From an uncultured Nitrospiraceae bacterium (lineage in GTDB: Bacteria > Nitrospirota > Thermodesulfovibrionia > Thermodesulfovibrionales > UBA6898), in contig CAWEQH010000008.1 of assembly GCA_963811165.1 (NCBI GenBank), forward strand, positions 512,001 through 576,000: a stretch of 64,000 nt of DNA, written 5' to 3'. Every line of letters starts with the position of its first letter. Position 1 is the stretch's first letter. Made by a program: the position numbers and the translations under genes. Below, in pieces: positions 54,055-63,661 of this stretch. The notes under the pieces are model-generated. The model had not been told where the DNA came from and ran no database searches. It saw only the letters and a list, made by a program, of their open reading frames with translations.

Positions 54055-56274
54055 TTAATACAAAATCTCCCTCACCTTAGTCAAAAGGTCTTGCGGCCTG
54101 ATGGGTTTATGGATGAAGTCAAAGCCTGATTCCGCCAGTTCCTTGTCTTTGATAATGTCCATCGTATATCCGCTCACGAAGAGTATTTTTGTCAGAGGCC
54201 TCGCCTTCCTGAGTACCTCACTGACCTCCTTTCCGTTTTTCTTAGGCATGATCATGTCAAGTATGGCGAGGTCGATCCTTTCCCTGTTTTCCATGAATTT
54301 TGTTATCGCGTCTTCCCCGTCTTCCGCGGTGATGACGCGGTAGCCGAAAGACTCCAGGACCGTCCTTGTCAATTCCCTCAGGGAGGCATCGTCTTCAGCC
54401 ACGAGGATTGTCTCATTTCCACCCTTGACGGGGACAGCAGCCTCAGCCCTCTTCTCCAGGTATGCCGGTTCCTCAATGAGGGGGAGATATATTTTAAATA
54501 CAGTGCCATGCCCCGGTTCGCTGTAGACCTTAACGTATCCGCTATGCTGTTTTATTATTCCGTAGGAGATCGCAAGCCCGAGCCCGGTTCCTTCTCCAAG
54601 ACCTTTCGTTGTAAAAAAAGGCTCAAATATCTTCTTCTGAGTTTCAGCATCTATTCCGCGCCCTGTATCAGAAACCGTGATAAGGGCGTACATTCCGGTT
54701 TTTCCATATCCATTCACCGCAATATATTCATCATCCATTTCCTGAAGACCGGTGCCGATCGTCAGCCGTCCGCCGTTGGGCATTGCGTCTTTGGCGTTTG
54801 AAACAAGGTTCATCAGGACCTGCTCTATCTGCCCGGCATCAGCCAGTACTATCAAGGGCCTCTCCTCAAGGGCCAAGTTAAATTCGATATCTTCGCCGAT
54901 GATCCGGACAAGCATTTTCTGGATATCTGTGATAAGTTCATTGAGATTGGTGGGCTTCACTTCAGCAAGATGTTTTCTGCTGAAGGCAAGAAGTCTCTTG
55001 GTGAGTGCTGCAGCCCTCTCGGCGGCGGCGAGCAGCTCATTCATTTGGCTCTTTGAAGGACTATCGGCTTCCAGCTTGTCAAACACCATGGAGCCATATC
55101 CTATTATCACATTGAGGATATTATTGAAATCGTGGGCAACGCCTCCTGCCAGCGTGCCGACGGCCTCCATCTTCTGCGCGTGCCGGAGTTGGTCTTCAAG
55201 TTTCTTGCGCTCGGTTATGTCGAGTAAAGTTCCTATCACGGCGGCGCGTGCCTTATATACTGTTTTGGAACCATAGGCCTCTAAATAGATGATCTCTTTA
55301 TTTTTTTTGATGCCCTTAAACCTATAATGACTGGATTCTATTTCTCCGGATATCCGTTTCCTCAAATTTTCCTTTACGATCGGCCAATCTTGCGGCAAGA
55401 CCAAATCCTCCGGCCCCTTTTTTTCTATTAACTCCCCGACTGCATAACCAAATATCTTAGCCAGCATCGGATTGACATAACTAAATTTTTCGTCCTGTAT
55501 AAGGTAAATACCGACTACCGATTTCTCCGCCAGATCTCTAAATTTATTCTCGGACTCCTGCAGCGATTTCTCCATCAGCTTACGCGTGGTGACGTCTCTC
55601 ACCACTTCGATACCTGCTATGATTTTCCCTTCTGAGTCCTTTAAGGCAGATGTGGTGTTCTCGAAATACTTCATCCCCTTATCAGTGAGCAGAGACCTTG
55701 CCACCGTGTGAATCTTGCCATCCTTGAAAGACATTGCTATGGGGCACTCTTCGCAGATGTCCTTCAGGCCTCTATAGGCCATGTAACAGTACTCTCCAAC
55801 GTGGTTCCCGGTAAAATTTATGTGAACCTGGTTTTGATAAAGAATCTTGAAATCCCTATTCTGGATGGAAATACCATCGCCGATCGCCTCAATAATAGCC
55901 TCCGACCTGCCCTTTTCGTCTTCAACTCTCTTGAGGGCATGACGCAACTCTTCTTCGGCCTTTTTGCGTACGGTGTCAGCTAAATGAATAGATCGAAAAT
56001 AATGCCTTATGTGCAGAACTCCCAGCAGCATCAGAAACGAAGTCACCAAGGCAATTAGTTCTGACATGTCGACGGTAATCTGTTTGCCGCCGGTGAGAAT
56101 TGAAATGAGCGCTACTACGCGGCGCCAGGTCATCAGAGTCAGCGCAATGGAGATTGAAATCCATGCCAGCTTGCGGCCCGTCAAACGAATCAGCAACAGG
56201 GCGTATATCGAAGCCGCCAGCTGTGTAGCGATAGAAATGAGCAACAAAATAACGGGAATCGATGCAGTTCTCAT
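54055..56274 (-). CDS. Membrane-bound PAS-PAS hybrid histidine kinase
   Basis: 3 TM, two PAS, AHDFNNIL, FEPFFTTK/GTGLGL, REC domain. Confidence 0.92.
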   Translation of the reverse strand: MRTASIPVILLLISIATQLAASIYALLLIRLTGRKLAWISISIALTLMTWRRVVALISILTGGKQITVDMSELIALVTSFLMLLGVLHIRHYFRSIHLADTVRKKAEEELRHALKRVEDEKGRSEAIIEAIGDGISIQNRDFKILYQNQVHINFTGNHVGEYCYMAYRGLKDICEECPIAMSFKDGKIHTVARSLLTDKGMKYFENTTSALKDSEGKIIAGIEVVRDVTTRKLMEKSLQESENKFRDLAEKSVVGIYLIQDEKFSYVNPMLAKIFGYAVGELIEKKGPEDLVLPQDWPIVKENLRKRISGEIESSHYRFKGIKKNKEIIYLEAYGSKTVYKARAAVIGTLLDITERKKLEDQLRHAQKMEAVGTLAGGVAHDFNNILNVIIGYGSMVFDKLEADSPSKSQMNELLAAAERAAALTKRLLAFSRKHLAEVKPTNLNELITDIQKMLVRIIGEDIEFNLALEERPLIVLADAGQIEQVLMNLVSNAKDAMPNGGRLTIGTGLQEMDDEYIAVNGYGKTGMYALITVSDTGRGIDAETQKKIFEPFFTTKGLGEGTGLGLAISYGIIKQHSGYVKVYSEPGHGTVFKIYLPLIEEPAYLEKRAEAAVPVKGGNETILVAEDDASLRELTRTVLESFGYRVITAEDGEDAITKFMENRERIDLAILDMIMPKKNGKEVSEVLRKARPLTKILFVSGYTMDIIKDKELAESGFDFIHKPIRPQDLLTKVREILY

Positions 56275-56358
56275 AATTGTATTTAACCGTGTGTGATGTT
56301 TGCTCTATTCGAAACAGGAAAAACCATGAGCAGATATGAATTTTCTGAGTCTCTCGGG

Positions 56359-58890
56359 TCAGGCACTTTTGGTCCCCCGGCCGGCCCTGGAAGACTTCGT
56401 CAGCCGGCCATGAAACTCGGCTTCTATTTCAGCTTCGATGCCGAGTATCTTTTCTCTGAAGACGGCATACTCGGCGTCGCTTGCGGGCACAAAACCCGTA
56501 CAGTCCCTGCCCAGTGACGTGAGAACAATCGCCTCATCGTTTTTTGAGACATTGAGAGATATCAGCGCATCCCTGATGGCGCCCATAGTATTTACGTCGA
56601 CCGAGTTGTTGCAGCTCACATTGAATTCAGGAATCTCGGGTGATAACTGGAGGACTCTCAGCCCCTTTTCCCTGTAAACATGCGCCGTTTCCTCCATCAA
56701 TCCGCCGGCATCAAAATCTCCTGCGAGCACGGCCTTAGCGACTTTGTCATGGCTCCCGAGGAACTCGTAAGTCATGAAGTCGTGAACGGTCATCCCCGCC
56801 TCCTTGAGGGCGGCAAGCGGCATAATATGTCCGGTTGCGGACTTCGGACTTACAAGGGCAAAGGTTTTTCCCTTCAGGTCCCTTACGGAATGCGCTGACG
56901 ATCCGGCTCTGACGACGATCGCGGCGCGGTGGAAAGGCTTGCCCTGCCTCAGTGCCTTGGCAATCACCTTCACTCCGTATTTTGAATGCGCCTCGACATA
57001 GTTTGCGGGCCCCATTGCGCATAACTGGGTCACGTTTTCGCCCAGGTCCTTCACCGCGCTTTCCATATCAATCGCAACCTTGAGGTCGACCTTTCTCCCG
57101 AGCTTCCCGGCAAGGTATTCCGAAAGAGGGGTGAATTTCCTGAACATTAAAGACGGCTCCTGCAGGGGAACGACCCCGAGCCTCAACGAATGTCCTCTCT
57201 CTCCGGAGAACTTGAAACGTTCCATCTCCGCCCTGAGGAGCTCTGCGTCCTTCTGAAGGTTCCAGAGCGTATTGCTGATTCTGAAGGCGAGTTCCCTGTT
57301 TTCGACCGGTATGTCCTTTACCGCCTCGATGCTGCTGAGTATGCTGAGGGAGCCTTTCCTGTTTTCGCCCAGGGAGTTGGATATCTGCCGGCTTCTCTCG
57401 GAAAAGAGTTCCGTGGTCTGCGCTATCAGTCCGCTGCTCATCGCCTGTTCTCCGGTTGCCTTGCTTACCTGGTGAGAAAGCGTCTTCATCCTTTCCGCAG
57501 CTTCCTTGATGAGCACGGCACCCTCAGACTGTTCCGCCGCGGCCTTTGCCACGCGCCCTATCATTTCCCTCACCCTCTCCGTGGCCTCTGCAACCAGGCC
57601 CGCGGCCCGCGCCTGCTCGCCGGTAGTGCGCTTGATGGAGAGGGTCATCTCCGAAGATTTCTCTGAGCTCTGCATGACCTTCTTCAGTGCCTCCTCGGCC
57701 TCTTTCGCCAGTCTGAGTCCTCCTTCCACATCGGTGATCCCCTTCTGCATGGCATCCTGTGCATTCCCTATTTCCGTCTGAATAGCCTGAATAAGCGATG
57801 CTATCTCTTTTGTTGAATTACCTGTTCTCTCTGAAAGCTCTCTCATCTCGGCGGCGACGACCGAGAAGCCCCTGCCGTGTTCCCCGGCCTGTGCGGCCAA
57901 TATCGCGGCATTTAGCGAGAGAAGGTTCGTGTCTTCATTCACCCCCTGTATGACACTCAATATCTTTTCTATTTCCCGCGACCTGTTTCCGAGGACGCGA
58001 ATGCACTCCGCCGTGTTCTGCACCGAAGACGCTATTCCCTTCATCCCTTCAGTCGTCTTGGCGATCGAGGCCATGCCGAGGTTCGCCGCATCGCTCGTGG
58101 CCTTCTCGGAAAGCATCGCAGATTCCTTCGCATGATCCTCCACTTCCTTTATTGTCTCGGTTATTTCGGAGATGGCGGCGAGGGTCTCCTCCGACGCGGC
58201 GGCCAGTGCTTCAGATTCGGACGCAACCTCTTTCGTCCTTCCCCAGAGCTGCCCGACCGAGGCGGATGTGGACTCCACGATCCCATCCAACTCCTGAATG
58301 TTGTCGTTGATATTCTTGATGCTCGATACCATCTGTTCAATGGCGGCCGAAGCACCTTCAGCCGAAGAGGCAAGACCTTCCGTGTTGTTCGCCATCTCGG
58401 CCGCCGTTCCGTTGAGTTCCCCTACCGAACTTGAGATGCTCTCGATCGCCTCGGTCTCGGTCTCGGCCCCCTTCAGTACCTTTTCGGATACCTGCTCCAC
58501 TTCCTCGACAACCACCAATATCCTGTCGGACAGCTCTTTGATTCTCTGGAGAACCCCTTCGACGGCCAGGAAGGCCTCCTTCAGCAACATGCTGGCCCTT
58601 CCGATCTCATCAGTGCTTCCACCTTCCGTGCGGAAGGAGAGATCACCCTGCGCAACCTTTCTCGCGGCGGCCTCGATCGACCTGATTGGGGCGACAACCA
58701 TTTTTCTTATGACCATAATGTTTATAGCGAGAGGCAGGAGAACTGTTGCCGCGAAAACCGCCGCAACGCCTATTTGGCCTGAAAGTCCCAGATAAGCAGT
58801 AAACGCCAGACAGAAGAAAAAGGGAATGACGACAAGCGGAGTAAGCTTCAGCTTTCCCGTTATCCGGAGATTACCTAAATGGCGCCCCAT
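56359..58890 (-). CDS. Methyl-accepting chemotaxis protein with C-terminal PhnD-like solute-binding domain
   Basis: 2 TM, HAMP, TNLLSLNAAILAAQAGEHGRGFSVVA; C-terminal LRLGVVP...PKSATGHIMP...GSHDKV. Confidence 0.88.
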   Translation of the reverse strand: MGRHLGNLRITGKLKLTPLVVIPFFFCLAFTAYLGLSGQIGVAAVFAATVLLPLAINIMVIRKMVVAPIRSIEAAARKVAQGDLSFRTEGGSTDEIGRASMLLKEAFLAVEGVLQRIKELSDRILVVVEEVEQVSEKVLKGAETETEAIESISSSVGELNGTAAEMANNTEGLASSAEGASAAIEQMVSSIKNINDNIQELDGIVESTSASVGQLWGRTKEVASESEALAAASEETLAAISEITETIKEVEDHAKESAMLSEKATSDAANLGMASIAKTTEGMKGIASSVQNTAECIRVLGNRSREIEKILSVIQGVNEDTNLLSLNAAILAAQAGEHGRGFSVVAAEMRELSERTGNSTKEIASLIQAIQTEIGNAQDAMQKGITDVEGGLRLAKEAEEALKKVMQSSEKSSEMTLSIKRTTGEQARAAGLVAEATERVREMIGRVAKAAAEQSEGAVLIKEAAERMKTLSHQVSKATGEQAMSSGLIAQTTELFSERSRQISNSLGENRKGSLSILSSIEAVKDIPVENRELAFRISNTLWNLQKDAELLRAEMERFKFSGERGHSLRLGVVPLQEPSLMFRKFTPLSEYLAGKLGRKVDLKVAIDMESAVKDLGENVTQLCAMGPANYVEAHSKYGVKVIAKALRQGKPFHRAAIVVRAGSSAHSVRDLKGKTFALVSPKSATGHIMPLAALKEAGMTVHDFMTYEFLGSHDKVAKAVLAGDFDAGGLMEETAHVYREKGLRVLQLSPEIPEFNVSCNNSVDVNTMGAIRDALISLNVSKNDEAIVLTSLGRDCTGFVPASDAEYAVFREKILGIEAEIEAEFHGRLTKSSRAGRGTKSA

Positions 58891-59275
58891 ATTTTACCTT
58901 TTTTAATATCGCTGTGGGGCGCACCGGCTTTCATCCGATGCGCTGCGTCAGAACAGCTCAAGCAATTATCAGTCGCGAACCGCATTAATACCAAAATAGT
59001 TGGTAACCCTGTAAGCATTCTTTATTAAATATACCTTAAGAGGCGTGAAATTGCTCAATTGTACCTACAAGCGGTAAAACAGAAGACGAGCGACTTCACG
59101 TTTCAGACTCGGCAAATGGTCTTTAACGTCTGCTGTCGATGAAGGTTTCTTCCGTAAGTTCTCACGGGAAGAAAAAAGCCCGAAACTCCTCTTAGTAAGA
59201 GACCGCATGCCTCATACATGGGAGATGGTAAAGTTTTTGGGCATACTCCGCAGTTATGTGAGAATGGAAAAGTGT

Positions 59276-59335
59276 GGTAGTGTCCAGGACACTGCCAAAA
59301 GTGTCGAGAGTTGGTAGTGGGGTTACCCCACTACC
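59276..59335. repeat. Two tandem GTAG-type palindromes
   Basis: ggtagtgtccaggacactgcc (59276-59296) and ggtagtggggttaccccactacc (59313-59335). Confidence 0.55.
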
Positions 59336-59342
59336 CGAGAGT

Positions 59343-59372
59343 TTGACAATAAATTCGTTCCTGAACTATACT
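59343..59372 (+). promoter_or_regulatory. Sigma70-type promoter of the thi operon
   Basis: TTGACA-18 bp-TATACT immediately before the TPP aptamer. Confidence 0.7.
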
Positions 59373-59380
59373 TGAATTGA

Positions 59381-59473
59381 CCCTTGGGGGAGGCCATGGA
59401 GCCTGAGAGTTTCTCGTGTTACGGGAGAGACCCCTTGAACCTGATACGGACAATTCCGGCGTAGGGATTAGGG
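59381..59473 (+). promoter_or_regulatory. TPP riboswitch aptamer
   Basis: GGGG...GCCTGAGA...ACCCCTTGAACCTGAT.CGGACAATTCCGGCGTAGGGA consensus, upstream of thiS. Confidence 0.93.
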
Positions 59474-59487
59474 ATGAGTGCTGAGGC

Positions 59488-59523
59488 GACCGTATCCCTT
59501 TAGGGATGCGGTTTTTTATTTTT
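59488..59523 (+). terminator. Riboswitch expression-platform terminator
   Basis: accgtatccct-tt-agggatgcggt stem followed by T-run, ending at thiS ATG. Confidence 0.8.
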
Positions 59524-59724
59524 ATGAGACTGAAGATAAACGGCGAGACAGTCGATAACCTGAGGGCGAAGACGGTCATGGAGCTTCTCGATGAGCTCAA
59601 GATCCGGTCGGGAAGGGTTGCCGTTGAAGTGAATCTTACGATTGTCAAAAAGGCGGACTACGGCGGTTTTGCACTGAAGGACGGAGATGCGGTTGAGATA
59701 GTCAACTTTGTCGGAGGAGGATAA
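59524..59724 (+). CDS. thiS: Sulfur carrier protein ThiS
   Basis: MRLKINGE...VAVEVN...EIVNFVGGG. Confidence 0.95.
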   Translation: MRLKINGETVDNLRAKTVMELLDELKIRSGRVAVEVNLTIVKKADYGGFALKDGDAVEIVNFVGGG

Positions 59725-59770
59725 AACGGTGATAAGAACCTGTCTCAAAATAGAGGCTCGCTTAAAGACT

Positions 59771-59985
59771 GTCATTCCCGCAAGCGTAGCGCGTCGGGAA
59801 TCCAACCCCCCTTTACATCCCCCCTTATCAAGGGGGAAGGGGCTGATCCTCCCCTGATAAGGGGAGGCAGGGAGGGGTTATCGGACCCACCACAAAGACG
59901 GCGGGCACGCAAGCCGGAATGACACAATAGAGGCTTTTGCCTCACCCCCTCTGTCCCCCTTGATAAGGGGGGATGTAAAGGGGGG
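59771..59985. repeat. Composite palindromic element between thiS and thiG
   Basis: GTCATTCCCG...CCGGAATGAC (59771-59923) interleaved with a perfect 32-bp inverted repeat (59806-59837 / 59954-59985). Confidence 0.8.
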
Positions 59986-60059
59986 GTACTGTAAGAATTG
60001 CGGGCAAAAAAACCGCTCAATGGCAGTCTCCTGCCATTACTTTTATTGCGAGGTGAGAA

Positions 60060-60836
60060 ATGGAAGATAAGCTGATCATCAGGGGAATAGAGTTTGCCTC
60101 ACGGCTTTGGGTTGGCACAGGTAAGTATAAGGACTTCGAAGAGACAAAAAAGGTCATCGAGGCCTCAGGTGCCGATGTGGTCACGGTTTCCGTACGACGG
60201 GTAAATATTCTAGACAGGAAATCCGAGAACCTGCTGGACTATATAGACCCGAAAAAATACAAGATCCTTCCCAACACGGCAGGCTGCTATACGGTGGAGG
60301 ACGCGCTCAGGTATTCGAGACTTGCCAGGGAAGCAGGCATCTCAGACCTTATAAAGCTCGAAGTGATAGGAGACGAGAAAACTCTCTTCCCCGACACGAT
60401 CGGCCTTCTGAAGGCGACGGAGATACTTGCGAAGGAGGGGTTTATCGTTCTTCCCTATACCAATGACGACCCGATCATGGCGAAGCGCCTCGAAGATGCA
60501 GGCGCGGCCGCCGTGATGCCGCTGGGTGCCCCGATAGGTTCCGGTCTCGGCATCCGAAACCCGTATAACATACGCATCATAATCGAGACCGCGGTGAAGG
60601 TCCCGGTCGTGGTCGATGCGGGTGTCGGGACGGCCTCCGACGCTGCGATTGCGATGGAACTGGGGTGCGATGCAGTCCTTATCAATACCGGTATCGCAGG
60701 CGCAAAGGACCCGGTAGCGATGGCCTCGGCCATGAAACACGCGGTGATCGCGGGGCGTCTGGCACATCTGGCAGGGAGGATGCCTAAAAAGCTGTACGCG
60801 ACTGCGAGCAGTCCGCTTGAGGGAATGCTCCTCTAG
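60060..60836 (+). CDS. thiG: Thiazole synthase
   Basis: [37 protein letters not shown]. Confidence 0.97.
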   Translation: MEDKLIIRGIEFASRLWVGTGKYKDFEETKKVIEASGADVVTVSVRRVNILDRKSENLLDYIDPKKYKILPNTAGCYTVEDALRYSRLAREAGISDLIKLEVIGDEKTLFPDTIGLLKATEILAKEGFIVLPYTNDDPIMAKRLEDAGAAAVMPLGAPIGSGLGIRNPYNIRIIIETAVKVPVVVDAGVGTASDAAIAMELGCDAVLINTGIAGAKDPVAMASAMKHAVIAGRLAHLAGRMPKKLYATASSPLEGMLL

Positions 60837-60843
60837 ACTAGCG

Positions 60844-61476
60844 GTGGACCGTAAGAGGATAGATTTCAGGCTCTACCTGATAACCGACAGAAAATTGCTC
60901 GCGTCCGGTTACACCCTGCCGGCAGCCATAGAGGAGTCTCTAAAAGGAGGGGTGAGGGCCGTTCAATTAAGGGAGAAAGACGTTGGGACAAAAGAGTTGC
61001 TCCATATGGCGTATGAGCTTCGTGGTATTACAAAAAGATATCAGGCGAGACTTTTCATCAACGGGAGGGTCGATATCGCCCTTGCCGTGGGTGCTGACGG
61101 CGTCCACCTCGGAGTATCGGACATCCCCGTACATGCCGCAAGAAAAGCTGCGGGAGACGACATGCTGATCGGTGCGTCGGCGCATAGCGTTTCGGAGGCC
61201 AAAAAAGCAGAGGAAGAGGGCGCCGACTTTGTGACGCTCGGGCCCGTCTACGAGACTCCGTCGAAGATGCGATACGGAAGGCCTGTCGGACTTCAGGTCG
61301 TTGTAAAGGTGAAGGAAGAAGTCTCGGTCCCTATCTTTGCGGTGGGGGGCATCAAAAAGGAACGGGTCGGTGAGGTGGTAAAGGCAGGGGCTTACGGGAT
61401 AGCGCTTATTTCCGCTGTCCTGGCATCGGAAAACATAAAATCAAGTACAGAGGAATTTGTGAGGCTATTGAAATGA
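60844..61476 (+). CDS. thiE: Thiamine phosphate synthase
   Basis: LYLITD, VQLREK, GADGVHLG, GPVYETPSK, AVGGI; start (GTG 60844) uncertain. Confidence 0.92.
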   Translation: MDRKRIDFRLYLITDRKLLASGYTLPAAIEESLKGGVRAVQLREKDVGTKELLHMAYELRGITKRYQARLFINGRVDIALAVGADGVHLGVSDIPVHAARKAAGDDMLIGASAHSVSEAKKAEEEGADFVTLGPVYETPSKMRYGRPVGLQVVVKVKEEVSVPIFAVGGIKKERVGEVVKAGAYGIALISAVLASENIKSSTEEFVRLLK

Positions 61477-62759
61477 CGAGAATCGAACTGGCAAGAAAAG
61501 GGATTATTACTGATGAAGCAAGGGAAGTCGCTTTGGCGGAAGGCGTGTCGGCAGAAGCCCTCTCCGAAGACATCGCCTCAGGCGTAAGCGTTATTCCGAT
61601 CAACAAAAAACATGGCATTAAGCCTATCGGCATAGGCAGAAACCTAAGGACGAAGATCAATGCCAATATCGGCACATCGAAAGACAGGGTCTCGATAGAA
61701 GAGGAGATGGAGAAACTCGATGTCCTCGTCAGATACGGTGCGGACGCGGTAATGGACCTCTCTACCGGAGGTCCGATAAAGGAACTCCGCGCCATGATGC
61801 TTAAGAGGTCTCCTGTTGCCGTCGGTACGGTGCCTGTCTATGAGGCCGCGGTCATGGCCGCCGCGGAAAAAGGCGCGATAGCCAGGATGACTCCCGACGA
61901 CCTCTTTAGAGTAATAGAGGAACACGCCGCATCAGGCGTCGATTTTGTCACTGTTCATTGCGGCCTTACGATGAAGGCCGTGGAGAGGTTAAAGAGTGAG
62001 GGCAGGGTCCTGGACATCGTCAGCAGGGGCGGGTCGCTTCTTCTTGAGTGGATGGTATATAACGAACAGGACAATCCCCTCTTCCTCCAGTTTGAAAGAC
62101 TCCTTGAAATCGCGCGGGAGTATGACATGACCCTGAGCCTGGGTGACGGCATGCGCCCCGGCTGCCTTGCCGATGCTACCGACCGTACGCAGATCGAGGA
62201 ACTCCTTACCCTTGGGGAATTGAGGGACAAGGCGGTGGAGGCCGGCGTGCAGGTCATTATCGAGGGGCCGGGCCACGTGCCTCTGAATCAGGTAGAGCTT
62301 AATGTGAAGATCGAAAAAGAGATTTGCAAGGGCGCTCCTTTCTATGTCCTTGGCCCGCTTGTTACCGACATAGGCATGGGATACGATCACATCACGGCCG
62401 CAATCGGCGGTGCGGTCGCGGGCGCTGCAGGCGCGGATTTTCTCTGCTACGTAACGCCTTCGGAGCATATTCGGCTGCCGACCGTAGAAGATGTGAAAGA
62501 AGGGGTCATCGTATCCAAGCTTGCGGCGCATGCCGCCGACATCGCAAAGGGGATAAGGGGCGCCATGGACGCCGATCTTAAAATGGCGAGATGCAGAAAG
62601 GCACTCGACTGGAACGGCCAGATCGGTCTGAGCTTAAATCCCGACAAAGTCAGAGAGTGGCGTGCGGAGGTCCCTCCGACAGAATCGGATGTCTGCAGCA
62701 TGTGCGGCGAATTCTGCGCGATAAGGACTGTTGAGAGGGCGCTTAAGAAAGAGAAGTGA
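61473..62759 (+). CDS. thiC: Phosphomethylpyrimidine synthase
   Basis: KINANIGTS, MDLSTGG, SRGGS, EGPGHVP, CSMCGEFC. Confidence 0.96.
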   Translation: MTRIELARKGIITDEAREVALAEGVSAEALSEDIASGVSVIPINKKHGIKPIGIGRNLRTKINANIGTSKDRVSIEEEMEKLDVLVRYGADAVMDLSTGGPIKELRAMMLKRSPVAVGTVPVYEAAVMAAAEKGAIARMTPDDLFRVIEEHAASGVDFVTVHCGLTMKAVERLKSEGRVLDIVSRGGSLLLEWMVYNEQDNPLFLQFERLLEIAREYDMTLSLGDGMRPGCLADATDRTQIEELLTLGELRDKAVEAGVQVIIEGPGHVPLNQVELNVKIEKEICKGAPFYVLGPLVTDIGMGYDHITAAIGGAVAGAAGADFLCYVTPSEHIRLPTVEDVKEGVIVSKLAAHAADIAKGIRGAMDADLKMARCRKALDWNGQIGLSLNPDKVREWRAEVPPTESDVCSMCGEFCAIRTVERALKKEK

Positions 62760-62870
62760 GAGGATGAGCCTCGATTCACTATCAGGAAAGCTGCTGCTAC
62801 TTGTGCAGAGACGGCATCCTCTCTCATTCTCACACACAAATTTTGATGGCGGATTTCGGATGAGAAAAAT

Positions 62871-63500
62871 ATGAGGCCCTGCGCGATGCTCCTTATAGGC
62901 CCCACGGGAGTGGGGAAAACACCCTTCGGCTCCTGTCTTGAACAAAACGGCTTCAGAGGGCGGCGGTGTCTGCATTTCGATTTTGGGCACGAGTTGCGGA
63001 CGGTCGCGCAACAGGAGATTGCACCCGAAGGATTCAGTCTCAGGGAGCATCTTTTTATCCGGGACGTGCTCGAAAAAGGGCTGCTTCTTGAAAATGAACA
63101 TTTTCCTATAGCCGAAAAAGTGATCGATGCCTTCCTCCTTAAAAACGGTTTTGGGCGTGATGATATCTTGGTCCTCAATGGATTGCCGCGGCATAAGGAC
63201 CAGGCGAGGGACATAGACCGAAAGATGGATATAACCGGTCTTATTGTCCTTGAGTGCGCCGCGGAGGATATTTTCGAAAGGATAAGGTGCAACGCAGGGG
63301 GAGACCGTCTCGGAAGATCCGATGACGGGGTCGAGATGGTGCGGAAAAAACTCGAGATATTCCACACACGCACGGCGCCCCTGGTGAGTCATTATTCGAA
63401 AGCGGGGAAGGTTGTGTTTAGAGTAACGGTCGCGTCTTTCTCGACCGCCGAAGACCTTTACTCGGATTTCTTGTCCGTCGGGCGTCAGTCCCTGACCTAG
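62871..63500 (+). CDS. Divergent adenylate/nucleoside monophosphate kinase family protein
   Basis: P-loop IGPTGVGKT, LNGLPRH..QA, GRSDD...KKLEIF...TAPLVSHY. Confidence 0.8.
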   Translation: MRPCAMLLIGPTGVGKTPFGSCLEQNGFRGRRCLHFDFGHELRTVAQQEIAPEGFSLREHLFIRDVLEKGLLLENEHFPIAEKVIDAFLLKNGFGRDDILVLNGLPRHKDQARDIDRKMDITGLIVLECAAEDIFERIRCNAGGDRLGRSDDGVEMVRKKLEIFHTRTAPLVSHYSKAGKVVFRVTVASFSTAEDLYSDFLSVGRQSLT

Positions 63501-63661
63501 AATGGTTCAGTCATGAACGAGGGCGACCCGTGTCGCACTATCTCAAATTCCATAGTATTTTATGATAGACTTGGAACTAGCGCTGTTTTTTATCATGCGG
63601 TGGTTGTCATGGAAAAAGTCGATGAAGATAAAACCGGGAAGGAGATTGGTTTTGAGGCGGG

